DNA of 64,000 nt from an uncultured Gammaproteobacteria bacterium (GCA_905479295.1 CAJQLY010000002.1:118887-182886), one strand, 5' to 3'; counted from the first letter of the stretch, positions 41,840 to 52,131 are shown. The notes: a model not told the origin generated them from the letters alone. Translations and numbers: made by a program.

Positions 41840-43102
41840 TTATTCGTCATCAATGCCGAGTATGGTTTTGGCAGTGCGAATAGTCTCTCTCTGTCCTTTT
41901 GCACTAGCAGCTTTAATCGCTTCAGTGGGTTTGTGTAATAACTTATTGGTTAACAGGGTACCCAATTGCTGCAGGGCTTCCTCTGCTGATTTCCCTTGTT
42001 TAAGCGATCGTAATGCTTTCTCGGTTGCAAGTTCTCGCTGCTGATTAGCCTCTTCACGATAACGACGAATGACTTCACTTGCATCTTGTCCACGCAACCA
42101 ATGGAAAAAATTATCTACTTCGACTTGAATGATACCTTCTGCTCGAGCCGCTGCATCAGTACGAGACTGCATGTTTTGTTGAATAACTTTTTGTAGATCA
42201 TCGACACTATACAGATAGATGTCACGGAGTTGAGCTGCTTCTGGTTCAACATCACGAGGTATCGCTAAATCCAATACTAATATAGGTTTATGTTTTCTCT
42301 GTTTTAGACTCTGCTCTAACAAACCCTTGCCTAGGATAGGGAGCTGACTAGCTGTGGCAGTAATGACAATGTCACTATTAGGCAATGCAGTATGGATGTC
42401 TGCTAACTCAATCGCCTGGCCTTGATAAAGTTTTGATAACTGTTGTGCTTTTTGTAGGCTGCGATTGGCAATAGTGATGTCTCTAGTACCATTGGCATGC
42501 ATATGCTGAGCGGCTAATTCAATCGTCTCACCAGCACCGATAAAGAGCGCGCGTTGTTCTCCAAGATCGGCGAAGATTTGTTTTGCGAGTGATACAGCGG
42601 TTGAGGCTACCGAGACTGGGTTGGCACCAATAGCAGTATGTGTACGCACTTTCTTAGCCACATTAAAGCATTGTTGAAACAGCTGATTAAGGTCTTTGCC
42701 TAGGGTTTCAGCATCTGCCGCCTTGGTGTAGGCCTGTTTCAGTTGCCCTAAGATCTGTGGCTCGCCTAGCACCATGGAATCTAAGCCACTGCCGACACGA
42801 AACAGATGCTTAGCCACATCTTCATCGCTATAAGAATAAAGGTAAGGTTGCAGCTGTTCGATTGCTAGCTGTTTAAAATCACTCAGCCATTGAGTCAGTA
42901 CATGCTCACCCTGCGCAGTAGAGTCGACACTGCAATAAATTTCGATGCGATTACAGGTGGAGATGATGGCTGCTTCAGAAATGGGTGCAAGATCGGTCAA
43001 TGAACGCAGTGCCTGAGGCAGCGTTTGATCCGCAATCGCTAGGTGCTCACGGATCTGAATCGGTGCGCTAGCGTGGTTTACACCTAAGATGAGTAATGAC
43101 AT
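41840..43102 (-). CDS. hemA: glutamyl-tRNA reductase
   Basis: 420 aa with STCNRIEIY and GAGETIEL NADPH motifs. Classic hemA-prfA-prmC order. Confidence 0.95.
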   Translation of the reverse strand: MSLLILGVNHASAPIQIREHLAIADQTLPQALRSLTDLAPISEAAIISTCNRIEIYCSVDSTAQGEHVLTQWLSDFKQLAIEQLQPYLYSYSDEDVAKHLFRVGSGLDSMVLGEPQILGQLKQAYTKAADAETLGKDLNQLFQQCFNVAKKVRTHTAIGANPVSVASTAVSLAKQIFADLGEQRALFIGAGETIELAAQHMHANGTRDITIANRSLQKAQQLSKLYQGQAIELADIHTALPNSDIVITATASQLPILGKGLLEQSLKQRKHKPILVLDLAIPRDVEPEAAQLRDIYLYSVDDLQKVIQQNMQSRTDAAARAEGIIQVEVDNFFHWLRGQDASEVIRRYREEANQQRELATEKALRSLKQGKSAEEALQQLGTLLTNKLLHKPTEAIKAASAKGQRETIRTAKTILGIDDE

Positions 43103-43292
43103 GTACGGTATTTTAACCTAAGCAATCCGCGCTAAAGCAGTTTATTCAATATCATGGCTATAATCTGTCTTCAGCCCTAGTCTCAAACTAACATGTAAGA
43201 GGCTGAGTGATTCAATATAGCCTTATGAATTAGCAGTAGAAATAACGTAGAATCGAAGTTCATCACGTCATTCGGTTGCCAAAAGCGTAATT

Positions 43293-45044
43293 ATGCCTCA
43301 TTTAACTTGTCTGAAGCACCTGCCCCATTTGTCTAGTCTCCTCATAGTGGCCAGTTTCCTTACTGGTTGTGCCGGTGGACCTGGTTCGAGAGCATATTCT
43401 GGTGATGAGATATTGGAACAGGACTTAAATATTCTTCCCCAGACGGAAGTGCTGGCTGATCCACGTGCCGATGTCATGTATCAGCTATTAGTTGCTGAAC
43501 TGGCAGGGAAGCGTGGTCAAGCTGAACTAGCCAGAGAACATTACGCACGTGCAGCAGAGCTAACAGACGACGTTGAAGTATTAGAGCGTGCCATGCGTAT
43601 CGCAATTTTTGCAAAAGACTGGCCGTTAGCCTTGGAGACGACCCGTCGTTGGGCACAAAAGCAGGGTTTTAATAGTGAGAATCGGCAGGTTCTCGGCCTC
43701 CTCTATATACGTACAGGCGATATCGATGCTGCCGAAGAGCAATTTTTAGCCTTAATTAAAGAAGCACAAGAGACAGTCAATGATGTTTATAGTCTGATCG
43801 CCAACACCCTGCGTCAGGTCGATGAGAAGGAACGCAGTCTAATATTGATGGATCGACTGGTGATAAAAGACTTTACTAATGCGAAGGCCCACTATGTCTA
43901 CGCTGATCTAGCTATGCGTGCAGGGCAATACCACCTAGCAATTGATCAAGCCGAGCTTGCGATTGGCTTTGACCCCAACCTAACTGTTGCCAAAACCTTG
44001 CGGGTGCAAGGTTTATCTAAGCTTGGTGAGAGTGAAATAGCCTTTGCTGAGATGGCTAATATGGTGGCAGAGGATGCAGATAACTTCGCACTACGCTTAG
44101 CCTATTCACGGCTACTGCTACAGGATGAACGTTATAGCGATGCAATTAAACAGCTGCAAGTCTTGCTTAAACGGCGCACTGATGACTCTGATTTACTCTA
44201 TACCATTGCACTGGCTCATCTGCAGATGCAGGAGTTAGAGCCGGCTAAAAAGTACTTGGAACAATTAGTGGATGCGAATCAACGTCTAGATGAATCACAT
44301 TATTATCTTGCTCGCATCGCACAACAACAAAACGACCTAGACGCGGCAATTGGGCATTTTAGTCGTGTTGCCTATGGTGAGCTGTTCCTTGATTCTATGA
44401 TTCGATTGACGGATCTTTATGCTGAGACAGAAGGTATCGATAGGGCGCGAGAACATATTGGCTTAGTTCGAAAGAATGCACGCAATACGTCAGATATTAT
44501 CCGCTTGTTTATGGCTGAAGGCGGCCTTTTATATAATATGGCCGAATATGAAATGGGCTATAAGGTTTATAGCGAAGGTTTATTGGAGTATCCACGACAT
44601 CCAGATTTACTCTATGCGCGTGCACTAATAGCAGAGAAGCTAGGCCGCTTAGATAGGCTTGAAGCTGATCTGAAAAATATCTTAGAGATCGACCCTGAAA
44701 ATGCAAATGCACTGAATGCCTTAGGCTTTACCTTGGCTGACCATAATCTGCGTTTAGATGAAGCACGTAGTTTCATTGAGCGGGCCTATGCACTGAACTC
44801 AGGTGATCCAGCGATCATAGATAGTATGGGTTGGCTCAACTACCGTATCGGCAGATTGAGTGAGGCTGAAAACTATCTGCGTAAGGCCTTCGCTCTTATG
44901 CCAGAAGCTGAAATTATTGGCCATCTGGTTGAAGTGCTATGGGCACAGGATCAACAAGCACAGGCACGTCAGCTGTTACAACAGGGCTTGCAGGATTTCC
45001 CAACTGATGTTTATTTGCAACGGTTGCAGCAAAGTTATCCTTAA
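43293..45044 (+). CDS. TPR-repeat lipoprotein (conserved upstream partner of lolB)
   Basis: Lipobox FLTGC and multiple TPR-like helix pairs. Its position upstream of lolB-ispE matches Pseudomonas-type synteny. Confidence 0.8.
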   Translation: MPHLTCLKHLPHLSSLLIVASFLTGCAGGPGSRAYSGDEILEQDLNILPQTEVLADPRADVMYQLLVAELAGKRGQAELAREHYARAAELTDDVEVLERAMRIAIFAKDWPLALETTRRWAQKQGFNSENRQVLGLLYIRTGDIDAAEEQFLALIKEAQETVNDVYSLIANTLRQVDEKERSLILMDRLVIKDFTNAKAHYVYADLAMRAGQYHLAIDQAELAIGFDPNLTVAKTLRVQGLSKLGESEIAFAEMANMVAEDADNFALRLAYSRLLLQDERYSDAIKQLQVLLKRRTDDSDLLYTIALAHLQMQELEPAKKYLEQLVDANQRLDESHYYLARIAQQQNDLDAAIGHFSRVAYGELFLDSMIRLTDLYAETEGIDRAREHIGLVRKNARNTSDIIRLFMAEGGLLYNMAEYEMGYKVYSEGLLEYPRHPDLLYARALIAEKLGRLDRLEADLKNILEIDPENANALNALGFTLADHNLRLDEARSFIERAYALNSGDPAIIDSMGWLNYRIGRLSEAENYLRKAFALMPEAEIIGHLVEVLWAQDQQAQARQLLQQGLQDFPTDVYLQRLQQSYP

Positions 45045-45068
45045 GTTGAACGCATATTACGTTTCGTT

Positions 45069-45686
45069 ATGAATTCAATCTTAAAATTAATCGCCGTTAG
45101 TACTGTTCTATGCCTAATCATTAGCTGTGCTGGCCCCCAGTCTGTGCTGCGGACAGAGGCCCCAGTGCTGGATTGGTCAACGCACTTGAAACAGATGCAA
45201 ACGCTAGCAGAATGGCAGGCGCAGATGATTATTTATGGCCAAGACCGCACCGAGAAATTTAAGCTGCGCCTATTATGGAAGCAACAAGGCGATCGCTATC
45301 AAATTAAGATTAAGGATTTTATTGGTCGCACGGCTGCAGTCTTAGAAGGTGTTCCTGGGCAGGTCAGTCTAAAGACTTCCAAGGGTCAGCATTATCAAGG
45401 TGAAAATGCTGACCAGTTGCTAGAGGAGTTGCTTGATCTACCAATTCATATCAGTGGTATGCGTTATTGGTTGCTGGGTGTGCCAGCGCCTGAAAGCTCA
45501 CATCAACTACTGCAGGTTAGCACTGATGGTCTGGCCGCTCAGATCGAGCAACAGGGCTGGCAGCTCAAATACTTAGCCTATAGCCAGCAATCTGGGCAAC
45601 GGTTGCCGAGTCAGGCTGAGTTCTCTATTGATCAGGTGCGTTTACGTGCAGAAATTAGTCAATGGCAATTACCGGCAGTTGAATGA
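45069..45686 (+). CDS. lolB: outer membrane lipoprotein LolB
   Basis: 205 aa with lipobox IISC. Position and size match lolB, upstream of ispE. Confidence 0.8.
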   Translation: MNSILKLIAVSTVLCLIISCAGPQSVLRTEAPVLDWSTHLKQMQTLAEWQAQMIIYGQDRTEKFKLRLLWKQQGDRYQIKIKDFIGRTAAVLEGVPGQVSLKTSKGQHYQGENADQLLEELLDLPIHISGMRYWLLGVPAPESSHQLLQVSTDGLAAQIEQQGWQLKYLAYSQQSGQRLPSQAEFSIDQVRLRAEISQWQLPAVE

Positions 45687-45695
45687 GCTAAAGCG

Positions 45696-46538
45696 ATGAA
45701 TGCACCTACTGTCTGGTTGGCGCCAGCCAAAATTAACCTGTTTTTACATATCACTGGCCAGCGCAGCGATGGTATGCATGAGTTACAGACCGTATTCCAG
45801 TTTTTAACGTTATCTGATCAATTGCATTTTACACCTTTATCAGATGGTCGGATTAAACAAGCTTCAGTGATCCCATCGGTGCCACCAGAACAGGATTTAT
45901 GTCTGCGTGCCGCACATTTATTGCGCGATCAGGGTGGATTGACGGTAGGTGTTGAAATTGCGCTAGAAAAAAATATTCCAATTGGTGGTGGCCTAGGTGG
46001 GGCTAGTTCAGATGCTGCCACCACCTTGCATGCCTTAAATCAGCTTTGGGATTTAGCTGCAAGTGAGGATGATTTAGCCGCTTTAGGCCTGCAATTAGGC
46101 GCCGATGTGCCAATTTTTGTTAGAGGTTTAGCCGCTTGGGCCGAGGGAGTGGGTGAAAAAATTACGCCTTTGACCTTGCCGCAACCCTGGTATGCGGTAG
46201 TTGATACGGGCGTACACGTTAGCAGCGCTGAAATGTTTGTAAATTCGCAATTGACACGGAATTGTCCGCGCCTCACAATGTGCCCCCCTCAAGTAGGGAC
46301 TCATGCTAATGTTTTTGAGCCATTGGTGAGAAAACGTTACGCTCAAGTCGACAGGGTTTTTGATTGGTTAGCATCATTTGGTACGCCATTTTTAACGGGT
46401 ACTGGGGGATGTGTTGTAGTCGCTTGTGAGAGTGAGCAGGATGCTCTAGCGATTCAGGCGCAAGCAATATACGATGTGCGCGTTCTGATAGCGAAGGGAA
46501 GAAATATTTCCCCATTGCATCAACAGCTAACTCGATAG
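45696..46538 (+). CDS. ispE: 4-(cytidine 5'-diphospho)-2-C-methyl-D-erythritol kinase
   Basis: APAKINLFLHI plus the GHMP kinase motif IPIGGGLGGASSDAA. Confidence 0.92.
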   Translation: MNAPTVWLAPAKINLFLHITGQRSDGMHELQTVFQFLTLSDQLHFTPLSDGRIKQASVIPSVPPEQDLCLRAAHLLRDQGGLTVGVEIALEKNIPIGGGLGGASSDAATTLHALNQLWDLAASEDDLAALGLQLGADVPIFVRGLAAWAEGVGEKITPLTLPQPWYAVVDTGVHVSSAEMFVNSQLTRNCPRLTMCPPQVGTHANVFEPLVRKRYAQVDRVFDWLASFGTPFLTGTGGCVVVACESEQDALAIQAQAIYDVRVLIAKGRNISPLHQQLTR

Positions 46539-46569
46539 AAAATAACCCTTCAAGTAAGAAGTAAAAGAT

Positions 46570-46644
46570 TGGGCCGTCGCCAAGTGGTAAGGCACGGGGT
46601 TTTGATCTCCGCATTCGTAGGTTCGAACCCTACCGGCCCAGCCA
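46570..46644 (+). tRNA. tRNA-Gln (anticodon UUG)
   Basis: 75 nt. Acceptor tgggccg/cggccca, anticodon loop ttTTGat, T-loop ggttcgaaccc and encoded CCA. Closely resembles E. coli tRNA-Gln. Confidence 0.93.
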
Positions 46645-46672
46645 TCCATATTTTACCTAGGTAGTATGAAAC

Positions 46673-47647
46673 ATGGCTATAAATAGTCGATTACGCGACG
46701 ATGGTCGCTTGATGGTATTTGCAGGTACTGCGCATACCCAATTAGCGAAAGATATCTCTGAGAAATTAGGAATCCCTCTCGGTAAAGCGTTGATCAGCCA
46801 GTTTAGTGATGGCGAAGTTCGAGTAGAAATTCAAGAAAACGTACGCGGTGGCGACGTTTTTGTGGTGCAGCCAACCTGTGCGCCCACCAACGACAGCATT
46901 ATGGAGCTGTTGATTATGATCGATGCGCTGAAGCGCTCATCAGCAGAGCGGATTACCGCTGTTATCCCTTATTTTGGATACTCCAGACAAGATCGTCGTG
47001 TGCGCTCTTTACGGGTGCCAATCTCGGCCAAGGTGGTCGCGAATATGATTTCGTCAGTAGGCGCTGATCGTGTCTTGACGGTAGATTTACATGCGGATCA
47101 GATTCAGGGCTTTTTTGATGTGCCAGTGGATAATATATATGCCTCACCGGTACTATTAGGCGATATTTATCGCCAAAAGCATAAAAACCTCATCGTTGTA
47201 TCTCCTGATGTTGGTGGTGTAGTTCGTGCCCGTGCTGTCGCTAAACGTTTAGATGATGCTGATTTAGCAATCATTGATAAACGTCGACCGCAGGCTAATG
47301 TGGCGCAAGTAATGCATATTATTGGTGAGGTTAAGGGTAAAACCTGTCTCATCGTTGATGACTTAGTCGATACCGCAGGTACCTTGTGTAAGGCGGCACA
47401 GGCCTTAAAAGAGCATGGTGCTGAGTCTGTAATCGCCTATGCCACGCACCCTGTATTGTCAGGTCGAGCGGTAGAAAATATTGAAGGATCAGTACTCGAC
47501 GAGCTAGTTGTTACTGATTCTATTCCATTAAGTGAAGAAGCTAGATATTGTCCGCGCATTCGTCAGTTGAGCGTTGCCGGTCTAATGGCTGAAACCATTC
47601 GCCGTATTAGTAGTGGTGAGTCGGTTAGTTCGCTCTTTATGGATTAA
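46673..47647 (+). CDS. prs: ribose-phosphate pyrophosphokinase
   Basis: PRPP synthetase motifs ([29 protein letters not shown]). The likely true start is MVFAG at 46712. Confidence 0.95.
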   Translation: MAINSRLRDDGRLMVFAGTAHTQLAKDISEKLGIPLGKALISQFSDGEVRVEIQENVRGGDVFVVQPTCAPTNDSIMELLIMIDALKRSSAERITAVIPYFGYSRQDRRVRSLRVPISAKVVANMISSVGADRVLTVDLHADQIQGFFDVPVDNIYASPVLLGDIYRQKHKNLIVVSPDVGGVVRARAVAKRLDDADLAIIDKRRPQANVAQVMHIIGEVKGKTCLIVDDLVDTAGTLCKAAQALKEHGAESVIAYATHPVLSGRAVENIEGSVLDELVVTDSIPLSEEARYCPRIRQLSVAGLMAETIRRISSGESVSSLFMD

Positions 47648-47661
47648 ACCGAAGTAAACCG

Positions 47662-47696
47662 CAGTATGACTGGTCGCAAGTCATGCTGAATTTTTT
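47662..47696 (+). terminator. rho-independent terminator after prs
   Basis: 10-bp stem cagtatgact/agtcatgctg (one G-U pair) with loop ggtcgca, followed by aattttttaa. Confidence 0.7.
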
Positions 47697-47728
47697 AATG
47701 AAGATGCGTAAAGCATTAGGAGTTAGTC

Positions 47729-48391
47729 ATGAGTTCTAGTTTTTTAATTAATGCAGAGATGCGTGAGGACTTGGGGAAAGGTGCGAGCCGCCGCCTACGT
47801 CATGCTGGTAAAGTACCTGCAATTATTTACGGCTGTGGTGGTGAGCCCGTCTCTATTGCGTTAGAGCACAGCAAAATCATCCACAATCTTGAAGAAGAGA
47901 CCTTCTACTCGCAGATTTTAGAAGTCAGTCTGGATGGTAAAATAGAGAAAGTTGTGTTGCGTGACCTACAACGTCATCCAGCTAAGCCTGTAATCATGCA
48001 TATGGACTTTCAACGTGTGAATGAAAACGAAGCTATGCACGTACACATTCCACTACACTTCATCGGTGAAGATATTTGTCCTGGTGTTAAGTTGGAATCA
48101 GGTGCTGTTAGTCACCAGACCACAGAAGTTGAAATTAGCTGTCTACCTAAAGATCTGATTGAGTTCATCGAAGTCGATGTATCTGCATTGAATATCGGTG
48201 ATTCTATTCACTTAACAGACCTTAAACTGCCAGAAGGTGTTTCATTGGTGGCTCTAAGCCATGGTGAAGGTCATGATCAAACAGTAGTTACCGTTCACGT
48301 CACCAAGACTGTCGAAGTTGAAGAAGGTGCTCCAGAAGCACCATCTAATGACGTCGAAGGTGAAGAAGAAGGTGAAGGTGACAGCGAGTAA
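47729..48391 (+). CDS. rplY: 50S ribosomal protein L25/general stress protein Ctc
   Basis: 220 aa with the Ctc-type RR.G.VPA..YG motif, two domains and an acidic tail. In prs-ctc-pth order. Confidence 0.9.
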   Translation: MSSSFLINAEMREDLGKGASRRLRHAGKVPAIIYGCGGEPVSIALEHSKIIHNLEEETFYSQILEVSLDGKIEKVVLRDLQRHPAKPVIMHMDFQRVNENEAMHVHIPLHFIGEDICPGVKLESGAVSHQTTEVEISCLPKDLIEFIEVDVSALNIGDSIHLTDLKLPEGVSLVALSHGEGHDQTVVTVHVTKTVEVEEGAPEAPSNDVEGEEEGEGDSE

Positions 48392-48418
48392 TCGCTCAAG
48401 CTTAAGGAGTAATAAAAC

Positions 48419-49000
48419 GTGGTTGCCAATAGCCCAATCAAACTGATTGTTGGCCTCGGGAATCCCGGTGCTAAATATACTGAAACCCGGCACAATGCCG
48501 GGTTTTGGTTTTTAGACCGACTGGCCCAGTATCATGGCGTCAGTTTTCGTGAAGAAAGCAAATTCAAAACAGAAGTGGCGGCAGTCGATCTGCCGAGTCA
48601 TCGTCTCTGGTTACTAAAGCCAACAACGTTCATGAATCTTAGCGGTGAAGCGCTGGGACCCTTCGCAAAGTATTATCAAATAGAGCCTGAAAACACACTG
48701 GTTGTGCATGATGAACTTGATCTGCCAACAGGGGTTTCACGTCTTAAGCGTGCCGGTGGCCACGGTGGTCATAATGGCTTACGCGATATTTTCAAACATT
48801 ACAGCAAAGACTTCTGGCGCCTACGTATTGGTATTGGCCATCCTGGGCACAAAGATCAGGTGTTAACTTTTGTCATGAAGTCACCATCGGCCAAAGAAAG
48901 ACAAATGGTTGATGACTCTATTGAGCAAGTGCTCGATACTTTTAACGACGTACTTGCAGGCGATCATGAAGCTGCCATGCGCGTCTTACATGTGAAATAG
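48419..49000 (+). CDS. pth: peptidyl-tRNA hydrolase
   Basis: GTG start. Has [17 protein letters not shown] and GGH.GHNGL motifs. Confidence 0.95.
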   Translation: MVANSPIKLIVGLGNPGAKYTETRHNAGFWFLDRLAQYHGVSFREESKFKTEVAAVDLPSHRLWLLKPTTFMNLSGEALGPFAKYYQIEPENTLVVHDELDLPTGVSRLKRAGGHGGHNGLRDIFKHYSKDFWRLRIGIGHPGHKDQVLTFVMKSPSAKERQMVDDSIEQVLDTFNDVLAGDHEAAMRVLHVK

Positions 49001-49005
49001 TCGCT

Positions 49006-50100
49006 ATGGGATTTAAGTGTGGAATTGTCGGTTTACCAAATGTTGGTAAATCAACATTATTTAATGCCTTAACTCGCGCAGAAATTGCTGCTGAGAATTA
49101 CCCATTCTGCACCATCGAGCCTAATGTGGGTATCGTGCCGGTGCCAGATCCGCGCTTAGATGCATTGGCTGCAATAGCTAAGTCAGAAAAAGTGATTCCA
49201 GCAGTGATGGAGTTTGTCGACATCGCAGGTTTAGTTGCAGGTGCGTCTAAGGGTGAAGGCTTGGGTAATCAGTTCCTAGCTAATATTCGTGAGACTGATG
49301 CCATTGCACAGGTTGTGCGCTGCTTTGAAGACGATGACGTAGTACATGTTGATGGCCGAGTTGATCCATTGAGTGATGTTGAAACTATTAACACTGAATT
49401 GATCTTGGCCGATGTTGATTCAGTTGATAAAGGCATGCTGCGATATCAAAAAGTTGCCCGCTCAGGTGATAAAGAAGCGTTGGCAAATATCGATTTATTA
49501 GAAAAGCTGGCAGCCCACCTAAACGAAGGCAAACCAGCGCGTAGTTTTGATGTTGCAGAAGACCAACGCAAAATGGTGCGTGATCTACATCTAATCACTG
49601 CAAAGCCGATGATGTACATTGCCAACATCGATGAAGACGCTTTACAAGGCAGTACTGAGTTAGCAGATCGTCTCGCGGCATTAGCGGCTGAAGAAAAAGC
49701 CCAGTTTGTCACTGTTTGCGCTCAAATCGAGGCCGAAATTATCCAATTAGAGGATGATGAGCGTGATGAGTTTCTGGCAGACCTTAATCTAACCGAGCCT
49801 GGTCTAAATCGCGTTATTCGTGCTGGCTATGAGCTACTAGGCCTGCAGACTTATTTCACCGCTGGGCCAAAAGAGGCAAGGGCATGGACTGTACGAGTAG
49901 GTGCTACTGGCCCACAAGCGGCTGGTGTGATTCACACCGACTTTGAAAAAGGATTTATCCGTGCCGAAGTTATCGCTTTTCAAGATTATATTGATGGCAA
50001 TGGTGAACAGGGTGCAAAAGATGCAGGTAAATGGCGTTTAGAGGGTAAGGAATACATCATGGTCGAAGCCGATGTTGTGCACTTCCGCTTCAATGTTTGA
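49006..50100 (+). CDS. ychF: redox-regulated ribosome-binding ATPase YchF
   Basis: 364 aa with [18 protein letters not shown] and a C-terminal TGS-like region ending in RFNV. Confidence 0.95.
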   Translation: MGFKCGIVGLPNVGKSTLFNALTRAEIAAENYPFCTIEPNVGIVPVPDPRLDALAAIAKSEKVIPAVMEFVDIAGLVAGASKGEGLGNQFLANIRETDAIAQVVRCFEDDDVVHVDGRVDPLSDVETINTELILADVDSVDKGMLRYQKVARSGDKEALANIDLLEKLAAHLNEGKPARSFDVAEDQRKMVRDLHLITAKPMMYIANIDEDALQGSTELADRLAALAAEEKAQFVTVCAQIEAEIIQLEDDERDEFLADLNLTEPGLNRVIRAGYELLGLQTYFTAGPKEARAWTVRVGATGPQAAGVIHTDFEKGFIRAEVIAFQDYIDGNGEQGAKDAGKWRLEGKEYIMVEADVVHFRFNV

Positions 50101-50177
50101 TATTCTACTGCGTTAGTTAAGCCCTCTTATTTGACAGGGTTTCAGTGGTCGCGTATGTTGCGGCTTCACTTCGAAAA

Positions 50178-50254
50178 GGCTATGTAGCTCAGTTGGTTAG
50201 AGCACAGCATTCATAATGCTGGGGTCGGTGGTTCGAGTCCACCCATAGCCACCA
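50178..50254 (+). tRNA. tRNA-Met (elongator, anticodon CAU)
   Basis: 77 nt. Acceptor ggctatg/catagcc, anticodon loop ttCATaa, T-arm ggtgg-ttcgagt-ccacc and encoded CCA. Near-identical in pattern to E. coli metT/metU. Confidence 0.93.
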
Positions 50255-50284
50255 TTTATACCTCCAGAATCTTCCTTTATCGTA

Positions 50285-50506
50285 TTGATTAGCTTGAGTT
50301 TTCAACTTAATGCTCAGGAGTATGGTAGACAATACGGAAGACAAACAATAATCCAATCTATACGTTCGTTGACTAAGCGTGGCATCTGTTATTTTTCACA
50401 ACTAGTTCCGTTTGATGTTCGGCATCAATATAAAAAATTTAAAATCGTTCAATCACTTAAAGTATATTTTAGGAGAGCTGCGGCAGCTTGTGCAAGGTTA
50501 TGGTGA
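50285..50506 (+). pseudogene. integrase N-terminal fragment (remnant)
   Basis: The ORF starts 31 nt after the tRNA. KRGICYFSQLVPFDVRHQYKKFKIVQSLKV resembles the RGxxYF(R)xxVPxDL...K.I..SLKT N-terminal motif of tyrosine integrases. No catalytic domain follows. Confidence 0.35.
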
Positions 50507-50707
50507 TGGGTATCAGCTAGAGCAGATGCATCTTACGATGAAGATATTATGCGCTGAGTAGTTGTTCGTATAATCATTCTTCAAACTAATACGACAGCCA
50601 TGATTAAAGTAGCTTTAGTTTACTAAGATAAAGTCAAGTATAAATAACCTGAAATCTATTTTATCTGTAAGATAGTATGCATAAATAATCACCACAAGCA
50701 CTGATAG

Positions 50708-51232
50708 ATGTTCCCAGCAAACTCAAAAACCACTGAACAAAAGCCTAACTTAACACATCATTATTTGACTGCTGTATTAGCGCTTACTGCCTTAATAACG
50801 TCACCACAAATAAAAGCTGAGGATTATTTTACTGACTTAGGCTTTTTGCCTAATGTTACTTATGAACGAAGCGTTACTTATGGCGTCTCTGCCGATGGCT
50901 CAGTAGTTGTTGGTTATAGTTACAACGCTAATAGTGATATGAAAGCGTTCCGCTGGACACTGGAAACTGGCATGGAAAGCGTGGAAGACTGGCTGAGCAA
51001 TGCGGGTGTCAGCATTGCTGCCTGAGTCAGTGGTAGTGCCAACATACTCAATGCCGTCAACATGCCTTTTAACATCAAGGGCAATGATGTCGAGCAAGAC
51101 TGGGTACGTGTGGCTGCCGAGGTCGTACATCGCTTCAGCCGTAGTAACAGACTATCGCTATCAACGACTGCTGCTAGTGTAGGCGAAGACGCTGACTTTA
51201 GTGTTGGTGCAAACTGGACTATGTTGTTTTAA
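50708..51232 (+). pseudogene. autotransporter relic (HAF-repeat N-terminus fused to barrel C-terminus, in-frame TGA)
   Basis: Signal-like N-terminus plus one HAF-type repeat (GVSADGSVVVGYS....AFRWT...GM). A TGA lies at 51023-51025. The same frame then continues to 51232 and ends in ...DFSVGANWTMLF, an autotransporter-type terminal beta-strand. Confidence 0.5.
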
Positions 51233-51339
51233 GTGCTCAGTTAGTTTGAATTGATGACTAGGCAGACCATAAGGCGATGAAAGAATTAAAACTTCATCAT
51301 TAGTCAGGGATGTTAAAAGAAGGTTAGTTGGTACTTAGC

Positions 51340-51411
51340 GGCTCTGCTGGGTCAATAGGCGCAACATTCATACTGCTGGAGTCGGTTGTTCGAGTCCGGC
51401 CATAGCCAGCA
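51340..51411 (+). pseudogene. degenerate tRNA-Met copy (att-like repeat)
   Basis: The 3' 48 nt match tRNA-Met at 41 of 48 positions by hand alignment. The T-stem pairing is broken, the end is AGCA rather than ACCA, and the 5' half has diverged. Confidence 0.7.
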
Positions 51412-51531
51412 TATTCCAAAAGCAGTAAAATCAAAAATTTCTTTTAAGCACGGCCATAATTTTTATAGCCGTTCTATTATTAGGTGTTTGCGTACTTAAC
51501 AAGGAATTGAGTTAAGTGTTGGGAGAAGGAA

Positions 51532-51981
51532 ATGTTTGAACAGATTACAGAACAGCAAATCTTACTACGATTATCTTTGGCGATGGTTGTGGGCATGCTG
51601 ATAGGGATTGATTCTTGGTATAATCGAAGAAATGCAAGTATTCGGATTTATTGTGTTGTCGCAGTAACCTCAGCGATGACTATGATGTTGATAGCCAATC
51701 AAACTGGAAATCACCCAGAAGCATTTAGTCGAGTGCTAGCGGGTTTAATTACTGGCTTTGGATTTTTAGGTGGTGGCATTATTATGCGACAGTCTGAAAC
51801 GCATCAATTATTTGGATTAACTACTGCAGCAACAATTTGGGGTTGTGGCTTAATCGGTGCTTGCTTGGGTGCTGGGCAATACAGTATTGCAGCGCATGCA
51901 ACAGTAGCAATGATCATGGTTCTCTATATTAATTTGGATAGCCTGATGCAGCGTATTGGGATTAGAAGAAAATCTAATTAA
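51532..51981 (+). CDS. MgtC/SapB family membrane protein (membrane domain only)
   Basis: 149 aa with LRLSLAMVVGMLIGID, GFGFLGGGIIMR and GLTTAATIWGCGLIGACLGAG motifs. Confidence 0.8.
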   Translation: MFEQITEQQILLRLSLAMVVGMLIGIDSWYNRRNASIRIYCVVAVTSAMTMMLIANQTGNHPEAFSRVLAGLITGFGFLGGGIIMRQSETHQLFGLTTAATIWGCGLIGACLGAGQYSIAAHATVAMIMVLYINLDSLMQRIGIRRKSN

Positions 51982-52131
51982 GGTAAGATTCAAATAGGAA
52001 AGATATGGAGGCCTGTTGCTGAGCTATATCACTTTGCTAGCTTAGGCCCTATGCGTATTAGCTATAGTTTGAGCTTAAATACCTAATTATAAGGTTAATA
52101 TAGAACTTACCGTAACCACGTAGACAGATAT

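Larger units (their letters stand above)
50255..51411 (+). mobile_element. decayed tRNA-Met-associated island remnant bounded by a degenerate tRNA copy
   Basis: Lies between the intact tRNA-Met and a degenerate repeat of it. Contains only an integrase-like stub, an interrupted autotransporter relic and AT-rich non-coding DNA. Confidence 0.5.

Noticed and set aside
51450-51472. Imperfect hairpin acggccata-atttt-tatagccgt just after the degenerate tRNA copy.
   Set aside because: It has one mismatch, is AT-rich and has no clear T-tract. It could be a terminator or att-associated structure, but the evidence is insufficient.
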